The position numbers were made by a program, and so were the translations under genes. This document shows positions 1-10,025 of a stretch of 48,802 nt of DNA, piece by piece (the stretch's first letter is position 1; each line of letters starts with the position of its first letter). The notes beneath the pieces were generated by a model. It saw only the letters and a list, made by a program, of their open reading frames with translations. It made no database searches and was not told the DNA's origin. Source of the stretch: a virus (taxonomy: Duplodnaviria > Heunggongvirae > Uroviricota > Caudoviricetes). The DNA lies in IMG/VR virus record IMGVR_UViG_2718218136_000008, positions 1 through 48,802 of that record, one strand, 5' to 3'.

Positions 1-165
1 AAGAAATAGGGCTTCCACCTGGGAAGCCCTTTCTTTTTATAGTTCGGCTGTATGTAGGGTACAGCACGATGAATCTGTTAGAGGCGCAATAGTGACAGAT
101 TTGATTATCAATTCCTATTTTGTTCTAAGGATAAAACCTTAGGTTGTGATCATCCGCACAATCCC

Positions 166-408
166 TTAGTAACGCCAGCGGTCATAACGCTGATATTTCG
201 GCACTTTTGGTGCTTTAATCGCCTTAATAACCCACACCACCGCAATCGCCAGTAGTAACCACGGCAGCAACTTAATCATCAATGCCAGCATACCGCCGAG
301 GAACATAATGGCCGTCGCCACAACCAGCGCGGCGATAATGCCCAGCAACGAAACGCCGGTGACCATCAGCATGACAAAAAAGCCAATCACAAAAAGTAGT
401 TCCAGCAT
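166..408 (-). CDS. pspG: phage shock protein G, small inner-membrane protein
   Basis: 80-aa hydrophobic ORF from ATG at 406..408 (MLELLFVIGFF...KYQRYDRWRY) within the longer 166..618 frame; size, sequence and position next to dusA match recalled E. coli PspG. Confidence 0.75.
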   Translation of the reverse strand: MLELLFVIGFFVMLMVTGVSLLGIIAALVVATAIMFLGGMLALMIKLLPWLLLAIAVVWVIKAIKAPKVPKYQRYDRWRY

Positions 409-541
409 GATGCTCTCCCAAATATGAAATCTCTTGCTGGCATTACAAGAATCATGCCAAAAATAATCTATTGATTTAACAGCAAAACGCCCCGCGACGG
501 TGCGCAGGGCGTGGTGAATTTGACTACTTTTTGGTGAAAAG

Positions 542-1579
542 TTAACGCTTATCCGCCACCAGTTTGAGCGCGTGTTCCAGCACATTAATGTCTGCACCCG
601 CTTTATGGGCATTTTCACTTAAATAACGCCGCCACTGCCGCGCGCCAGGAATACCCTGGAACAAGCCCAACATATGCCGGGTAATATGGCCGAGATACGT
701 CCCCTGGCTGAGTTCACGCTCAATGTACGGATACATGGCGCGCACTACCGCCACCGGATCGGCATCGGTATCCGAGGAACCAAAGATCTCCCGGTCTACT
801 GCCGCCAGAATACCCGGATTCTGATACGCCTCGCGCCCGACCATCACGCCATCCATATGTTGCAGGTGTGCTTTGGCCTCTTCCAGCGACTTGATACCAC
901 CGTTAATCGACATTGTCAGATGCGGAAAGTCACGCTTCAGTTGATACACACGCGGATAATCGAGCGGCGGGATTTCACGGTTTTCTTTCGGGCTTAACCC
1001 CGAAAGCCAGGCTTTACGTGCGTGGATGATAAACATCTCACACTCGCCTTTGCCGGAAACAGTGTTGATGAAATCGCAGAGAAATTCATAGCTGTCCTGG
1101 TCATCGATGCCAATACGCGTTTTCACCGTCACTGGAATCGACACCACATCGCGCATCGCTTTCACACAGTCGGCAACCAGCTGCGCATTACCCATCAGAC
1201 ACGCACCAAACATGCCGTTCTGCACCCGGTCAGACGGGCAGCCGACATTCAGGTTGATCTCATCATATCCACGCGCTTCTGCCAGCTTCGCACACTGTGC
1301 CAGCGCCGCCGGATCGCTACCGCCGAGTTGCAACGCTACCGGATGTTCTTCTTCACTGTACGCCAGGTAATCACCTTTACCGTGAATAATCGCCCCTGTG
1401 GTCACCATTTCGGTATACAGCAACGTATTGCGGGAAAGCAGACGCAAGAAATAGCGGCAATGTCTGTCCGTCCAGTCGAGCATAGGAGCAATGCTAAACC
1501 GAGAACTCCAGTAAGCGCCAGTTTTTTCAGGCATCACGCTGGTTTGATTAGTTTTCTGTGTTTCAGGATTATCGTGCAT
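542..1579 (-). CDS. dusA: tRNA-dihydrouridine synthase A; first ~32 codons are supplied by the prophage
   Basis: 345-aa ORF with Dus-family sequence ([14 protein letters not shown]...NVGCPS...); attL core lies inside its 5' end. Confidence 0.9.
   Translation of the reverse strand: MHDNPETQKTNQTSVMPEKTGAYWSSRFSIAPMLDWTDRHCRYFLRLLSRNTLLYTEMVTTGAIIHGKGDYLAYSEEEHPVALQLGGSDPAALAQCAKLAEARGYDEINLNVGCPSDRVQNGMFGACLMGNAQLVADCVKAMRDVVSIPVTVKTRIGIDDQDSYEFLCDFINTVSGKGECEMFIIHARKAWLSGLSPKENREIPPLDYPRVYQLKRDFPHLTMSINGGIKSLEEAKAHLQHMDGVMVGREAYQNPGILAAVDREIFGSSDTDADPVAVVRAMYPYIERELSQGTYLGHITRHMLGLFQGIPGARQWRRYLSENAHKAGADINVLEHALKLVADKR
1476..1483. other. attL core TCGAGCAT (prophage/chromosome junction inside dusA)
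   Basis: Identical 8-mer recurs at 47589..47596; flanks on both sides encode homologous but non-identical DusA N-termini. Confidence 0.6.
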
Positions 1580-1611
1580 TTTTGAACATTTCAGGCTATT
1601 TTTCTCGCGTT

Positions 1612-1647
1612 AGGTTCCCGCACAGGTTCCCACGCTTTATGGGAACC
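1612..1647. promoter_or_regulatory. GGTTCCC repeats (two direct, one inverted) upstream of int; possible arm-type or operator sites
   Basis: AGGTTCCC at 1612..1619 and 1624..1631, GGGAACC at 1641..1647, just upstream of the int start. Confidence 0.3.
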
Positions 1648-1667
1648 CGAAATAACGAGGTCGTGTA

Positions 1668-2765
1668 ATGGCGTACTATAACATAGAGAAACGACTAAAA
1701 TCCGATGGCACACCACGCTATCGCTGTAATGTGATTATCAAAGAAAAAGGTGTTATCACTTACAGGGAAAGCAAAACATTCCCTAAACATGCTCATGCCA
1801 AAACATGGGGCGCACAGAAAGTGATGGAATTAGATCTATATGGCATTCCATCATCAAATGCTGTTGACGGACTTACAGTCCGTGACTTACTACACAAATA
1901 TTTAAATGACCCAAATGCCGGAGGTAAAGCAGGCCGTACTAAAAGATATGTGCTGGAACTGCTTATGGATAGTGACATCTCCGCGATCAAACTATCTGAA
2001 CTGACAGAAAATGACGTAATTGAACATTGCAGGCTAAGAAACAACGCTGGTGCAGGCCCAGCAACAGTCAGCCACGATGTTAGTTATCTTGGCAGTGTTC
2101 TGGATGCGGCAAAACCTGTATACGGAATCAATTACACATCAAACCCGGCGAAAAGCGCTCGTCCATATCTACTTAAACTCGGTTTGATTGGTAAATCAAA
2201 CCGTCGTAATCGTAGACCAGCATCTGATGAACTGAACATGCTCATTGAAGGCCTTCAACAACGATCTACTCATAAATGCTCAAAAATTCCGTTCGTTGAT
2301 ATCCTCAAATTTTCTGTGTGGTCCTGTATGCGAATCGGAGAAGTATGCCGGTTACGATGGGAAGATCTCGACCAGGAACAAAAATCTATACTAGTAAGAG
2401 ACAGGAAAGATCCACGTAAAAAGGAAGGCAACCATATGAAAGTTGCCTTGCTTGGGGAAGCCTGGGATATCGTCCAGCGACAACCCAAAAAATCAGAATT
2501 CATTTTTCCATATAACAGCACTTCTGTTACCGCAGGATTTCAGAGGGTAAGAAGCAAATTAGGTATTAAAGATCTGAGATACCATGATTTGCGTAGAGAA
2601 GGGGCAAGTCGCTTATTTGAGGCTGGTTTTAGTATTGAGGAAGTCGCTCAGGTTACAGGGCATCGTTCATTAAACGTGCTATGGCAGGTATATACCGAAC
2701 TGTATCCGAAATCTTTACATAATCGTTTTGAAGAACTCCAAAGGAGCAGAAATAAGACCTCTTGA
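1668..2765 (+). CDS. int: tyrosine-type integrase (dusA-targeting)
   Basis: 365-aa ORF with C-terminal tyrosine recombinase region (RYHDLRREGASR...HRSLNVLWQVY); GAGG RBS; adjacent to att site. Confidence 0.9.
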   Translation: MAYYNIEKRLKSDGTPRYRCNVIIKEKGVITYRESKTFPKHAHAKTWGAQKVMELDLYGIPSSNAVDGLTVRDLLHKYLNDPNAGGKAGRTKRYVLELLMDSDISAIKLSELTENDVIEHCRLRNNAGAGPATVSHDVSYLGSVLDAAKPVYGINYTSNPAKSARPYLLKLGLIGKSNRRNRRPASDELNMLIEGLQQRSTHKCSKIPFVDILKFSVWSCMRIGEVCRLRWEDLDQEQKSILVRDRKDPRKKEGNHMKVALLGEAWDIVQRQPKKSEFIFPYNSTSVTAGFQRVRSKLGIKDLRYHDLRREGASRLFEAGFSIEEVAQVTGHRSLNVLWQVYTELYPKSLHNRFEELQRSRNKTS

Positions 2766-2793
2766 CACTGTTTATCCATACAGTTAAAAATAA

Positions 2794-2813
2794 TACTGTA
2801 TACAAATACAGTG
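2794..2813. promoter_or_regulatory. LexA (SOS) box overlapping the dinI-like promoter
   Basis: TACTGTATACAAATACAGTG fits CTGT-N8-ACAG; TTGACA at 2762..2767 upstream. Confidence 0.5.
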
Positions 2814-2825
2814 TAGGGGACTTTT

Positions 2826-3074
2826 ATGCGTATTGAAATCTGCATAGCCAAAGAAAAAATGACTAAAATGCCAACCGGTGCTGTGGATGCGTTAAAGGAA
2901 GAATTAACCCGACGCATCAGTAAACGTTATGACGATGTAGAAGTGATCGTAAAAGCCACCAGCAACGATGGCCTTTCTGTTACGCGCACCGCTGATAAAG
3001 ATTCAGCTAAAACTTTTGTTCAGGAGACTCTGAAAGATACCTGGGAGTCTGCTGACGAGTGGTTTGTTCATTAA
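2826..3074 (+). CDS. dinI: DinI-family DNA-damage-inducible protein
   Basis: 82-aa [13 protein letters not shown]...[16 protein letters not shown], resembles DinI (~81 aa) especially at the C-terminus; LexA box upstream; GGGGA RBS. Confidence 0.8.
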   Translation: MRIEICIAKEKMTKMPTGAVDALKEELTRRISKRYDDVEVIVKATSNDGLSVTRTADKDSAKTFVQETLKDTWESADEWFVH

Positions 3075-3105
3075 GTTCATCATCTCTGGACACCATTCAC
3101 TTGTA

Positions 3106-3135
3106 TTGACTTTAAGATCATTAAATTGTAATAAT
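3106..3135 (+). promoter_or_regulatory. sigma70-like promoter for the leader/SLATT-like/RT operon
   Basis: TTGACT (3106..3111), 18-bp spacer, AATAAT (3130..3135); predicted start just before GGGGCAGG at 3146. Confidence 0.4.
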
Positions 3136-3142
3136 TCAAAGG

Positions 3143-3296
3143 GATGGGGCAGGTTTTTCCTCTTGCGCATGCAAGGGCGGCTCTGATAATGAACAGTAAT
3201 ATTTTACTGTTGAGCTTATGCTCACTGATCCTGCCGGGCAGGATGTTCAACGGTTCCAATATATCCTGCCCCTTCCGCTTTTAAAAAGGATCTTTT
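3143..3296 (+). ncRNA. structured 5' leader / candidate non-coding RNA of the RT module
   Basis: GGGGCAGG (3146..3153) is the inverted repeat of CCTGCCCC (3265..3272); hairpins at 3164..3177, 3192..3211 (8-bp stem), 3211..3222; palindrome ATCCTGCC-G-GGCAGGAT at 3228..3244; no ORF. Confidence 0.3.
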
Positions 3297-3848
3297 ATGC
3301 ATGACAATATTTGGTTTACATATAAAGCACGTATCCAAGCGCACCATCGACTAGAATGGCTTGAAAAACACTCTCAATTTATCCTCGTTTGGTATGCTAT
3401 ATTGAGTGCGGTACTTTCAATTGTAACGTTGCGATTTCCAAAGGTTCTAGGAGATAATACAGATGTCGTTGCGGCGATACTTTCAGTGGCTCTACTGGGT
3501 ATTTCTCTGATCGTATCTAACCTAGATTTTCGTGGTCGAGCAATAGCCATGAGAAGGAATTATATTGCACTACAGCGACTCTATTTTGACATTACCACCA
3601 GTCAACAGTTATCTCTTGAACAGAAAGAAAAATATTTTAATTTGCTCAATGAGGTTGAGAATCACCGTGACATAGATGATAAAATTTCAAGGGTAACTCA
3701 AGTTGGACTTAAGACGAGGATCCCCACACAAAAAGAAAAAATAATTGTTATTTTATGGATATTACTTCGAATATTTATTACTGCCGCACTTTATATACTC
3801 CCATTAATATATCTTTGGATTGACTATGACTGCAAGCAGAATTTTTAA
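3297..3848 (+). CDS. small membrane protein, SLATT-like (N-terminal helix, two TM helices, helical region, C-terminal hydrophobic helix)
   Basis: 183-aa ORF, AAGGA RBS; hydrophobic segments FILVWYAILSAVLSIVTL, VVAAILSVALLGISLIVSNL, IIVILWILLRIFITAALYILPLIYLWI; 3' end overlaps the RT gene by 23 nt; low GC. Confidence 0.6.
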   Translation: MHDNIWFTYKARIQAHHRLEWLEKHSQFILVWYAILSAVLSIVTLRFPKVLGDNTDVVAAILSVALLGISLIVSNLDFRGRAIAMRRNYIALQRLYFDITTSQQLSLEQKEKYFNLLNEVENHRDIDDKISRVTQVGLKTRIPTQKEKIIVILWILLRIFITAALYILPLIYLWIDYDCKQNF

Positions 3849-5196
3849 AAAGTCATTCTCGAAAAAAAATCTTCTAAAAGTATACTCTGAAAAAATCAAA
3901 GAATCAGGAGCGATTGGCATAGATCGGATTCGCCCATCAAAACTTGATTTGACAATAAAAAATGAGATCACTTTCATTTTTGAAAAGGTTAATTCTGGCA
4001 ATTACAAATTTACAGCATATAAAGAAAAATTAATATCTAAAGGCGCTAACTCTACACCCAGACAGATTTCCATACCAACTGCTAGGGACAGAATTACTCT
4101 TAGAGCTCTCTGTGAATGCCTTACGGAAATATATCCTAAGTCCAGATTAAAACTACCACATACAGTAATTGACTCATTGAAAGAAGCATTAAACAACAGT
4201 CTATATGCTGAATATGCAAAAATAGATCTTAAAAGTTTCTATCCTTCAATTGAACATAAATTGATAATTAATGCAATAAAAAATAAAATTAGAAAAAAAG
4301 AAATTAGACAGTTAATAACATCATCATTAATCGTGCCTACTGTAAGTGGAACCACAGGAAGCAAAGGTATCCCTAATAATACCAGAGGAGTACCTCAGGG
4401 ATTAGCGATATCAAACATTTTAGCTGAAATATCACTATCTAATTTCGATGATGAAATCAATAAAATGCATGACATATGGTACATGCGATACGTTGATGAC
4501 ATTCTTATTTTAACACCAAAATATCAAGCAACAAAAATAGCTTCTCATATCATTGATAAGCTTCAATCATTAAATTTAAACCCACATCCATTAAATGAAG
4601 AGAACTCAAAATCCAAAGTAGGCAGCTTGGATGAAAGTTTCAACTTTTTGGGCTACCACATAAAAAATCGAGAATTATTGATAAAACATGAGAGCATTCT
4701 TAGATTTGAGTCATCCTTAGCAAAAATTTTTACTGCATATAGACACGCTCTACTACAAGCTAAAAATAAGCGCGATAAAGAACGAGCTGTTGCATATTGT
4801 CAGTGGAAACTAAATCTTAGAATTACGGGATGTGTGTTTGAAGGTAAACGATTGGGATGGGTATCGTACTTCTCACAAATAACGTCAACAGCTCAACTTC
4901 GAGCTGTTAATCATACGATCAATAATCTTATCCGCCGATTCGGCCTTTCATCAGAAATAAAACCAAAGTCTTTGATTAAAACTTTCTATGAACTCCGCAG
5001 GGGTAGAGCGGAGACTTTTAAATACATACCTAACTTTGACAATCTACATATATCTCAGAAACGAGAAATTGTTTCTATGTGGATAGGGAAAGAGAATGAA
5101 AAAAAACTTAGCAATAGTGAAATAGAGAGAAAATTTAAATTTAAAATTGCGAAATCAGTAAAAGAGCTTGAAGAGGACATTTCAGGGATATCATAG
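3826..5196 (+). CDS. reverse transcriptase (retron/UG-DRT-like prokaryotic RT)
   Basis: 456 aa from ATG 3826; RT motifs RQISIPTARDRITLRAL, DLKSFYPSI, GVPQGLAISNILAEISL, YMRYVDDILIL (YVDD), FNFLGYHI; ~180-aa C-terminal extension; low GC. Confidence 0.85.
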   Translation: MTASRIFKKSFSKKNLLKVYSEKIKESGAIGIDRIRPSKLDLTIKNEITFIFEKVNSGNYKFTAYKEKLISKGANSTPRQISIPTARDRITLRALCECLTEIYPKSRLKLPHTVIDSLKEALNNSLYAEYAKIDLKSFYPSIEHKLIINAIKNKIRKKEIRQLITSSLIVPTVSGTTGSKGIPNNTRGVPQGLAISNILAEISLSNFDDEINKMHDIWYMRYVDDILILTPKYQATKIASHIIDKLQSLNLNPHPLNEENSKSKVGSLDESFNFLGYHIKNRELLIKHESILRFESSLAKIFTAYRHALLQAKNKRDKERAVAYCQWKLNLRITGCVFEGKRLGWVSYFSQITSTAQLRAVNHTINNLIRRFGLSSEIKPKSLIKTFYELRRGRAETFKYIPNFDNLHISQKREIVSMWIGKENEKKLSNSEIERKFKFKIAKSVKELEEDISGIS

Positions 5197-5249
5197 ATAT
5201 GTAATCCATTAAATCCTTTATATATAAAGCAATAAACACACTATTTAAA

Positions 5250-5294
5250 TTCACAAATCAGCCGCAGTATCCTGCCATGACAAGTTGCTGCGGC
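5250..5294 (-). terminator. hairpin downstream of tfa (late-operon terminator candidate)
   Basis: GCCGCAG/CTGCGGC stem (5261..5267 / 5288..5294) with 20-nt loop, followed on the minus strand by a U-rich tract. Confidence 0.3.
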
Positions 5295-5308
5295 ATATCA
5301 CAAAACGA

Positions 5309-5893
5309 TTACTCCATAACAGGGACCGCAGGCCACTCAATATCAGGTGCAGTTGATGTATCAACACGGTTCAGCAACACCCGATACTTCTTCCAGGCTT
5401 CCAGCAACGAGTTTTCTTCCTCCGTTGCGATCTCCAGATCTACAGCATCCTGAAGTGGCGCTATATGCTCACTGGCTACCTGCATCAGGCTGTTTTTTGT
5501 TTCTTCCGCCTCCCGGATCCGGAACAGTTTTTCTGCTTCCGTATCCTTCACCCAGGCTGTGCCGTTCCACTTCTGAAACTCCCCTTCCGGGGATAACCAG
5601 GTAACATTTTCCGGTAACGGACCGAGTTCAGAAATAAATAACGCGTCCCCTGACGCTACGTCATAAACCGTTTTACCCCGATGGTCTTCAACGAGATGCC
5701 ACGATGCCTCATCACTGTTGAAAACAGCCACAAAGCCAGCCGGAATATCTGGCGGTGCAATATAGGTACTGTTTGCTGGCAGACCTGTATGAGGCGGAAT
5801 ATATGCGTCACCTTCACCAATAAATTCATTAGTTCCGGTCAGCAGATTATAAATTTTTATGGTCCGTGGTTGTTCACTCATTCTGAATGCCAT
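5309..5893 (-). CDS. tfa: tail fiber assembly protein
   Basis: 194-aa [21 protein letters not shown]..., closely matches recalled lambda Tfa; TAATG overlap with stf stop. Confidence 0.9.
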   Translation of the reverse strand: MAFRMSEQPRTIKIYNLLTGTNEFIGEGDAYIPPHTGLPANSTYIAPPDIPAGFVAVFNSDEASWHLVEDHRGKTVYDVASGDALFISELGPLPENVTWLSPEGEFQKWNGTAWVKDTEAEKLFRIREAEETKNSLMQVASEHIAPLQDAVDLEIATEEENSLLEAWKKYRVLLNRVDTSTAPDIEWPAVPVME

Positions 5894-8800
5894 TATGCAA
5901 GCCTCACAATATAGTTAAATGCGATGTTTTTGACGGTGTTTTCCGCGTTACCCGCAGCGTTAACGGTGATGGTATGTCCATGTGAACCAATCGCAACGGA
6001 GTGCGTATGAGCACCAATACCGACAGTATGCGCGTGTGCACCTGCAGATGCTGCTGTGCCGGACAGTGAGTGGCTATGATTACCATCTGTACTGGTATTC
6101 GCTAACCACCCCGTAGACATACCTACTGAGCCTTGTACACCCCAGGTATTTTGACCTGAGCTTGTATAACCATATTGATAAGTATCTTTAAAAACACTGG
6201 GGTTAAATCGACGGCCATCTCTATGGCTGTGATTACCAGCTGCATTCGTGCTGCCACTTAAACTATGGGTATGCGCACCAGTGTTATTCGTGGATTTAGT
6301 GCCGTAATCAAACGACGATGTGGTTTTCGTCCCCAAATCAGTACTGGATGCGCTGGCGCTGTGGGTATGCGATTTTATGCCGTCCTGTTCCTGAGACAAT
6401 ACGGCACGACCACTGGCGGGCTTGCCCTTAATCGTCCAGCCACGCATATCAGGGATCACGCCTGACGGATAAGCGGCTGCAAGTTTCGGGTAGGCAGATT
6501 TGTCAAAAGTCTGCCCCTGCATCAGGGCATAACCAGACGGAACGGTATCTGATGGCCACGGGATTGGTGCGCCGACTGGGTAGCTTTCTGGTGGAAGATT
6601 TTTCGAGGTATAAACTTCTGCCCAGTCTTCCTCAAAACCATAACCGTCTCTTGAAGAACGGTAGAACAGACCACCATTTCTGTAATGCGCCTTCATCTGC
6701 AAGGTCCGGCAACTTCCGACTCCGGTATAGAAGTTAACCAGAATATAGCTGTCGCCAGAGCGGGTGACATTATAAGCGCCTGATTCGGCATTCCAGGGAA
6801 CGCCACCATCCGCATCGGCATATGTATCCGTTGCCCTTCTGGCAAAAGCAGCCACATGCGCGGCGGTTAAAGTAATATCTTTGGAACCATCAAACTCAAC
6901 ACCAGAAACCCGTCTTGGCGTTTGCAGCTTTGTTGCTGTTAATGCATTACCGTTCAGACTTGCGGACAGTTTGGTTCCAATAACCAGTTCGCCGGTTGCG
7001 TTATCAATAGCAAACGGTCTTAATGTATTCCATCCACCATAAACATCACCTTGATTGGTAAGCAGCAGGTAAGTTTTAGCGCCATCATTACGCCATAATG
7101 CCCCATACTCCCCACCTATCATTCGAATCTGATTACCACCACGCGCTACAATTTCGTCTGTGGCAAAAAGTTTTTTGCACGACAAGTTATCGTTAACGAT
7201 TAACGAATGAGACTCATAAAAACCACGCCCACTCTTAAAATCAAGGATAACGTCCGCCGCGATACATTCAGTCGCTGGATTTGTTGCCCCAAACTTATAG
7301 GTCGTATCATTAACAACGAGATCAGCACCAGGTGCGGATATTGACAGGCCATCTTCGATAAACGCAAAAACAGGGAAAGCAGCGCCATCAACATAGAACA
7401 CAGAGCGCAAATCATCGCCCTTATTACTCATCATTATTGAGTGGATGGCTCGTTCATTGTTTTGATATTGCCAGAACATTCCATAAGCATAACGCCCCCT
7501 GTCAGTCCAGCCACCAGGCATAACAAATCCGTTAAACTCGCAGTTATTCATCGGATCGCCTGCGGTTCGCGTTGCCGTGGTGATAATGACCCTTGATGCC
7601 AGTTCGCTTACTGAGCCAGCAGAACGCATAACAACAACAGGGTAATATTTTCCAGATGTTGCACCTGCAGGAGCGTTAACCCGCACATAACGCATACCAC
7701 GCTTATCAGCAAAGTCTGTTTTACTGACCGCGTTAATGTTGTTCAGGAAGCGTCCCTTATCGGGTATATCAGCGCCGTTCTGGTCTTTCTGCAGACGTTT
7801 CTCTGCATTGTCATAGGCTGATTTTACTGCCTTTGGCGTTGCCGCCAGCGTTTCAGACGTACTGTTGGTCGCACTGCTGAGCTGTACTATCCCCTTTTTC
7901 GTCGTACTTGCATCCTCAAGCGCCACGGCGGATGCAATATCCTCTGCCCGTTTTGCCGCTGTCTCGGCGCGCGTTGCCGCGGATTCCGCCGTACTTTTGC
8001 TCTGTGCTGCCGCCGTCGCACTGCCAGCTGCCTCTGTCGCCTTCGTGGATGCTGTCGTGGCGCTGCCCTTCGCTGCGGACGCTTGTCTGGTCGCCTCATC
8101 TTTTGAAGCAGACGCCGATGATGCCGATGACGCCGCCGAACTGGCGGACGATGCGGCAGCCGTTTTTGAGGATTCTGCGCTGGTTTCCGACGCTTTCGCG
8201 TTCGTCTCGGATGTCTTCGCTGCGGAAGCAGACCTTGCTGCTGCGCTGGCCTGTTCAGTGGCTTCGCCAGCCTTCGTTGTGGCTGTTGAAGCAGACGATG
8301 CGGCACTTTCTGCCGATTTTCCGGCGGCGGTGGCACTGGCTGAGGCCTGCCCGGCACTTGTTGACGCGGCACTGGCAGACGACGCAGCCGCTGTTTTTGA
8401 GCCTGCCGCAGCCGAGGCGCTCTGTCCCGCTGCCGTTTCAGAAGACCTGGCGTTTGTCTCAGACGTCTTTGCCGCCTTCGCGGAATTGCCTGCCGCCGTT
8501 GCCGAGGAAGCGGCACTACTGGCGCTTGATGATGCGTTCGTTTCTGATGATTTCGCTGCCTCTTTTGAGGCCGCCGCATCCCGGGCTGAGGTGGCTGCTT
8601 CTGACGCCTTCGTGGTCGCGGCGGATGCAGAAGTGGCTGCTGATTGTTGTGACGCTGCCGCATTCGTTTCTGACGTTTTCGCCGCACCGGCACTGGTAGC
8701 TGCCGCGCTTTTTGAGGACTCTGCAGCAGCAGCACTTTTCGATGCTTCACTGGCCTTTGTTGATGCCGTTCCTGCGCTGGAAGATGCTGACTGAGCCGAC

Positions 8801-9297
8801 GACGCGGCCTGTCCGGCTGACGTGCTGGCTGCGCGTGCTGAGCCTGCAGCATCAGTCGCATGGGTTGCCGCCTCACGGGCTGATGTGCTGGCATCGCTGG
8901 CTGACTTCTTCGCGGCTGCCGTGTTCTGTGCCACCGCGGACGCGTTACGCGCCACCTCTTCCACCATCAGTTCAAAACGGCGCAGTGCCTCAGGACGGGC
9001 ATCATCCTCCGTCATGGCACCGAGAAAATCATTCAGCGTACCGGGTCGGGAATCTTCATACACGGTGATGGTCCCGGCATGTGACGGCGGGAATCCTTCC
9101 ACCAACAGAATAACGCTGTACTGACCGTACTCAACGTCCATGCTGTAACGCCCGGCTTCATCCGGATTTTCTGAGGCCAGCGTGTTCACCACCACCGTGG
9201 TGCTGTTACGTTTTGCTTTCAGCTGGATTGTGCAGTTCTGTACCGGTTTTCCTGTGCCGTCTTTCAGTACACCTGAAATCTTTACTGCCATATTCAC
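5893..9297 (-). CDS. stf: side tail fiber protein with long Ala/Ser/Thr-rich repeat region
   Basis: 1134-aa ORF; low-complexity fibre repeats; His-rich C-terminal receptor-binding region; followed by tfa. Confidence 0.85.
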   Translation of the reverse strand: MNMAVKISGVLKDGTGKPVQNCTIQLKAKRNSTTVVVNTLASENPDEAGRYSMDVEYGQYSVILLVEGFPPSHAGTITVYEDSRPGTLNDFLGAMTEDDARPEALRRFELMVEEVARNASAVAQNTAAAKKSASDASTSAREAATHATDAAGSARAASTSAGQAASSAQSASSSAGTASTKASEASKSAAAAESSKSAAATSAGAAKTSETNAAASQQSAATSASAATTKASEAATSARDAAASKEAAKSSETNASSSASSAASSATAAGNSAKAAKTSETNARSSETAAGQSASAAAGSKTAAASSASAASTSAGQASASATAAGKSAESAASSASTATTKAGEATEQASAAARSASAAKTSETNAKASETSAESSKTAAASSASSAASSASSASASKDEATRQASAAKGSATTASTKATEAAGSATAAAQSKSTAESAATRAETAAKRAEDIASAVALEDASTTKKGIVQLSSATNSTSETLAATPKAVKSAYDNAEKRLQKDQNGADIPDKGRFLNNINAVSKTDFADKRGMRYVRVNAPAGATSGKYYPVVVMRSAGSVSELASRVIITTATRTAGDPMNNCEFNGFVMPGGWTDRGRYAYGMFWQYQNNERAIHSIMMSNKGDDLRSVFYVDGAAFPVFAFIEDGLSISAPGADLVVNDTTYKFGATNPATECIAADVILDFKSGRGFYESHSLIVNDNLSCKKLFATDEIVARGGNQIRMIGGEYGALWRNDGAKTYLLLTNQGDVYGGWNTLRPFAIDNATGELVIGTKLSASLNGNALTATKLQTPRRVSGVEFDGSKDITLTAAHVAAFARRATDTYADADGGVPWNAESGAYNVTRSGDSYILVNFYTGVGSCRTLQMKAHYRNGGLFYRSSRDGYGFEEDWAEVYTSKNLPPESYPVGAPIPWPSDTVPSGYALMQGQTFDKSAYPKLAAAYPSGVIPDMRGWTIKGKPASGRAVLSQEQDGIKSHTHSASASSTDLGTKTTSSFDYGTKSTNNTGAHTHSLSGSTNAAGNHSHRDGRRFNPSVFKDTYQYGYTSSGQNTWGVQGSVGMSTGWLANTSTDGNHSHSLSGTAASAGAHAHTVGIGAHTHSVAIGSHGHTITVNAAGNAENTVKNIAFNYIVRLA
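7865..8900. repeat. low-complexity coding repeats within stf
   Basis: Degenerate GC-rich repeats encoding A/S/T-rich protein; generate long spurious ORFs in other frames. Confidence 0.5.
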
Positions 9298-9301
9298 CCC
9301 A

Positions 9302-9329
9302 CAAAAAAGCCCGCCTGAACCGGCGGGCT
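9302..9329 (-). terminator. intrinsic terminator downstream of lom
   Basis: AGCCCGCC/GGCGGGCT stem followed on the minus strand by a T6 tract (A-run 9303..9308). Confidence 0.5.
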
Positions 9330-9355
9330 GTCATAACACTGTGTTACCTGGCTAA

Positions 9356-9955
9356 TCAGAATTTATAACCGACACCCACGATGAAACCGTCAGTGCGCCA
9401 GTCGCCACTGCCGGAGCCTTCATAAGCAATATCAATGGCCACGGATTCGGTCGGGTTAAACTGCACGCCAGCTCCCCACGCCAGAGACGTGTTGCTGTGG
9501 CGACCGTCATCACTTCCGGTCAGCACATCGTGCGTTTTCCCCTTGTTGTCAGTTACGCGGAGATAATCCCCGGAGAAAGTCGACACACGGCTGTAAGCCA
9601 CACCCGCCATCGCATACGCGCTGAACCATTCATTCACGCGCACAGACGGCCCCGCCATTACGCTGAACCAGCGGTTACGAACGGAATCTTCATGCCAGCG
9701 GGTATCGCTGTAACGGGTCAGCTGGCGATTCTTGTCTCCTGCATAGCTGAATGACGTCACCAGCCCCAGTGTGTCCGTAAACTCATAACGGTATTTCACG
9801 TTAATCCCGTTCAGATCATCACTGCCGGGGACGTTCGTCGAGGCATGAAGATACCCCGCGCTCAGCGTGGACTGATGTTCAGACGCCCATGCAGGCGCAC
9901 CGGATACGGCCAGACAAATGGCTGCGGACAAAATTGCTGCACAAACTTTACGCAT
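9356..9955 (-). CDS. lom: outer-membrane protein Lom (Ail/Lom family)
   Basis: 199-aa ORF with signal peptide and beta-barrel-like alternating pattern ending ...GVGYKF; sits between J and stf as in lambda. Confidence 0.85.
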   Translation of the reverse strand: MRKVCAAILSAAICLAVSGAPAWASEHQSTLSAGYLHASTNVPGSDDLNGINVKYRYEFTDTLGLVTSFSYAGDKNRQLTRYSDTRWHEDSVRNRWFSVMAGPSVRVNEWFSAYAMAGVAYSRVSTFSGDYLRVTDNKGKTHDVLTGSDDGRHSNTSLAWGAGVQFNPTESVAIDIAYEGSGSGDWRTDGFIVGVGYKF

Positions 9956-9979
9956 AATTACCTCTCGCTTTTCTGCAAT

Positions 9980-10003
9980 AAAAAAGGCGTCATTCCTGAC
10001 GCC
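9980..10003 (-). terminator. hairpin plus T-tract downstream of J
   Basis: GGCGTCA/TGACGCC stem (9986..10003) followed on the minus strand by T6. Confidence 0.4.
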
Positions 10004-10025
10004 CTTTATTGGGGTTATAAATATT

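Noticed and set aside
5309-5311. Intrinsic terminator for the RT operon on the plus strand
   Set aside because: The hairpin at 5261..5294 has no U-tract on the plus strand; it fits a minus-strand terminator after tfa better. The RT operon's 3' end is undetermined.
7887-8894. 335-aa Arg/Pro/Gln-rich ORF on the minus strand, plus 309-aa and 263-aa plus-strand ORFs at 7865..8794 and 7908..8699
   Set aside because: They lie in alternative frames of the stf repeat region, have extreme low-complexity composition, and the stf frame is the coherent one.
7865-8900. Possible CRISPR array suggested by periodic repeats
   Set aside because: Repeats are degenerate, in-frame coding repeats of the tail fibre with no spacer/repeat alternation and no cas genes.
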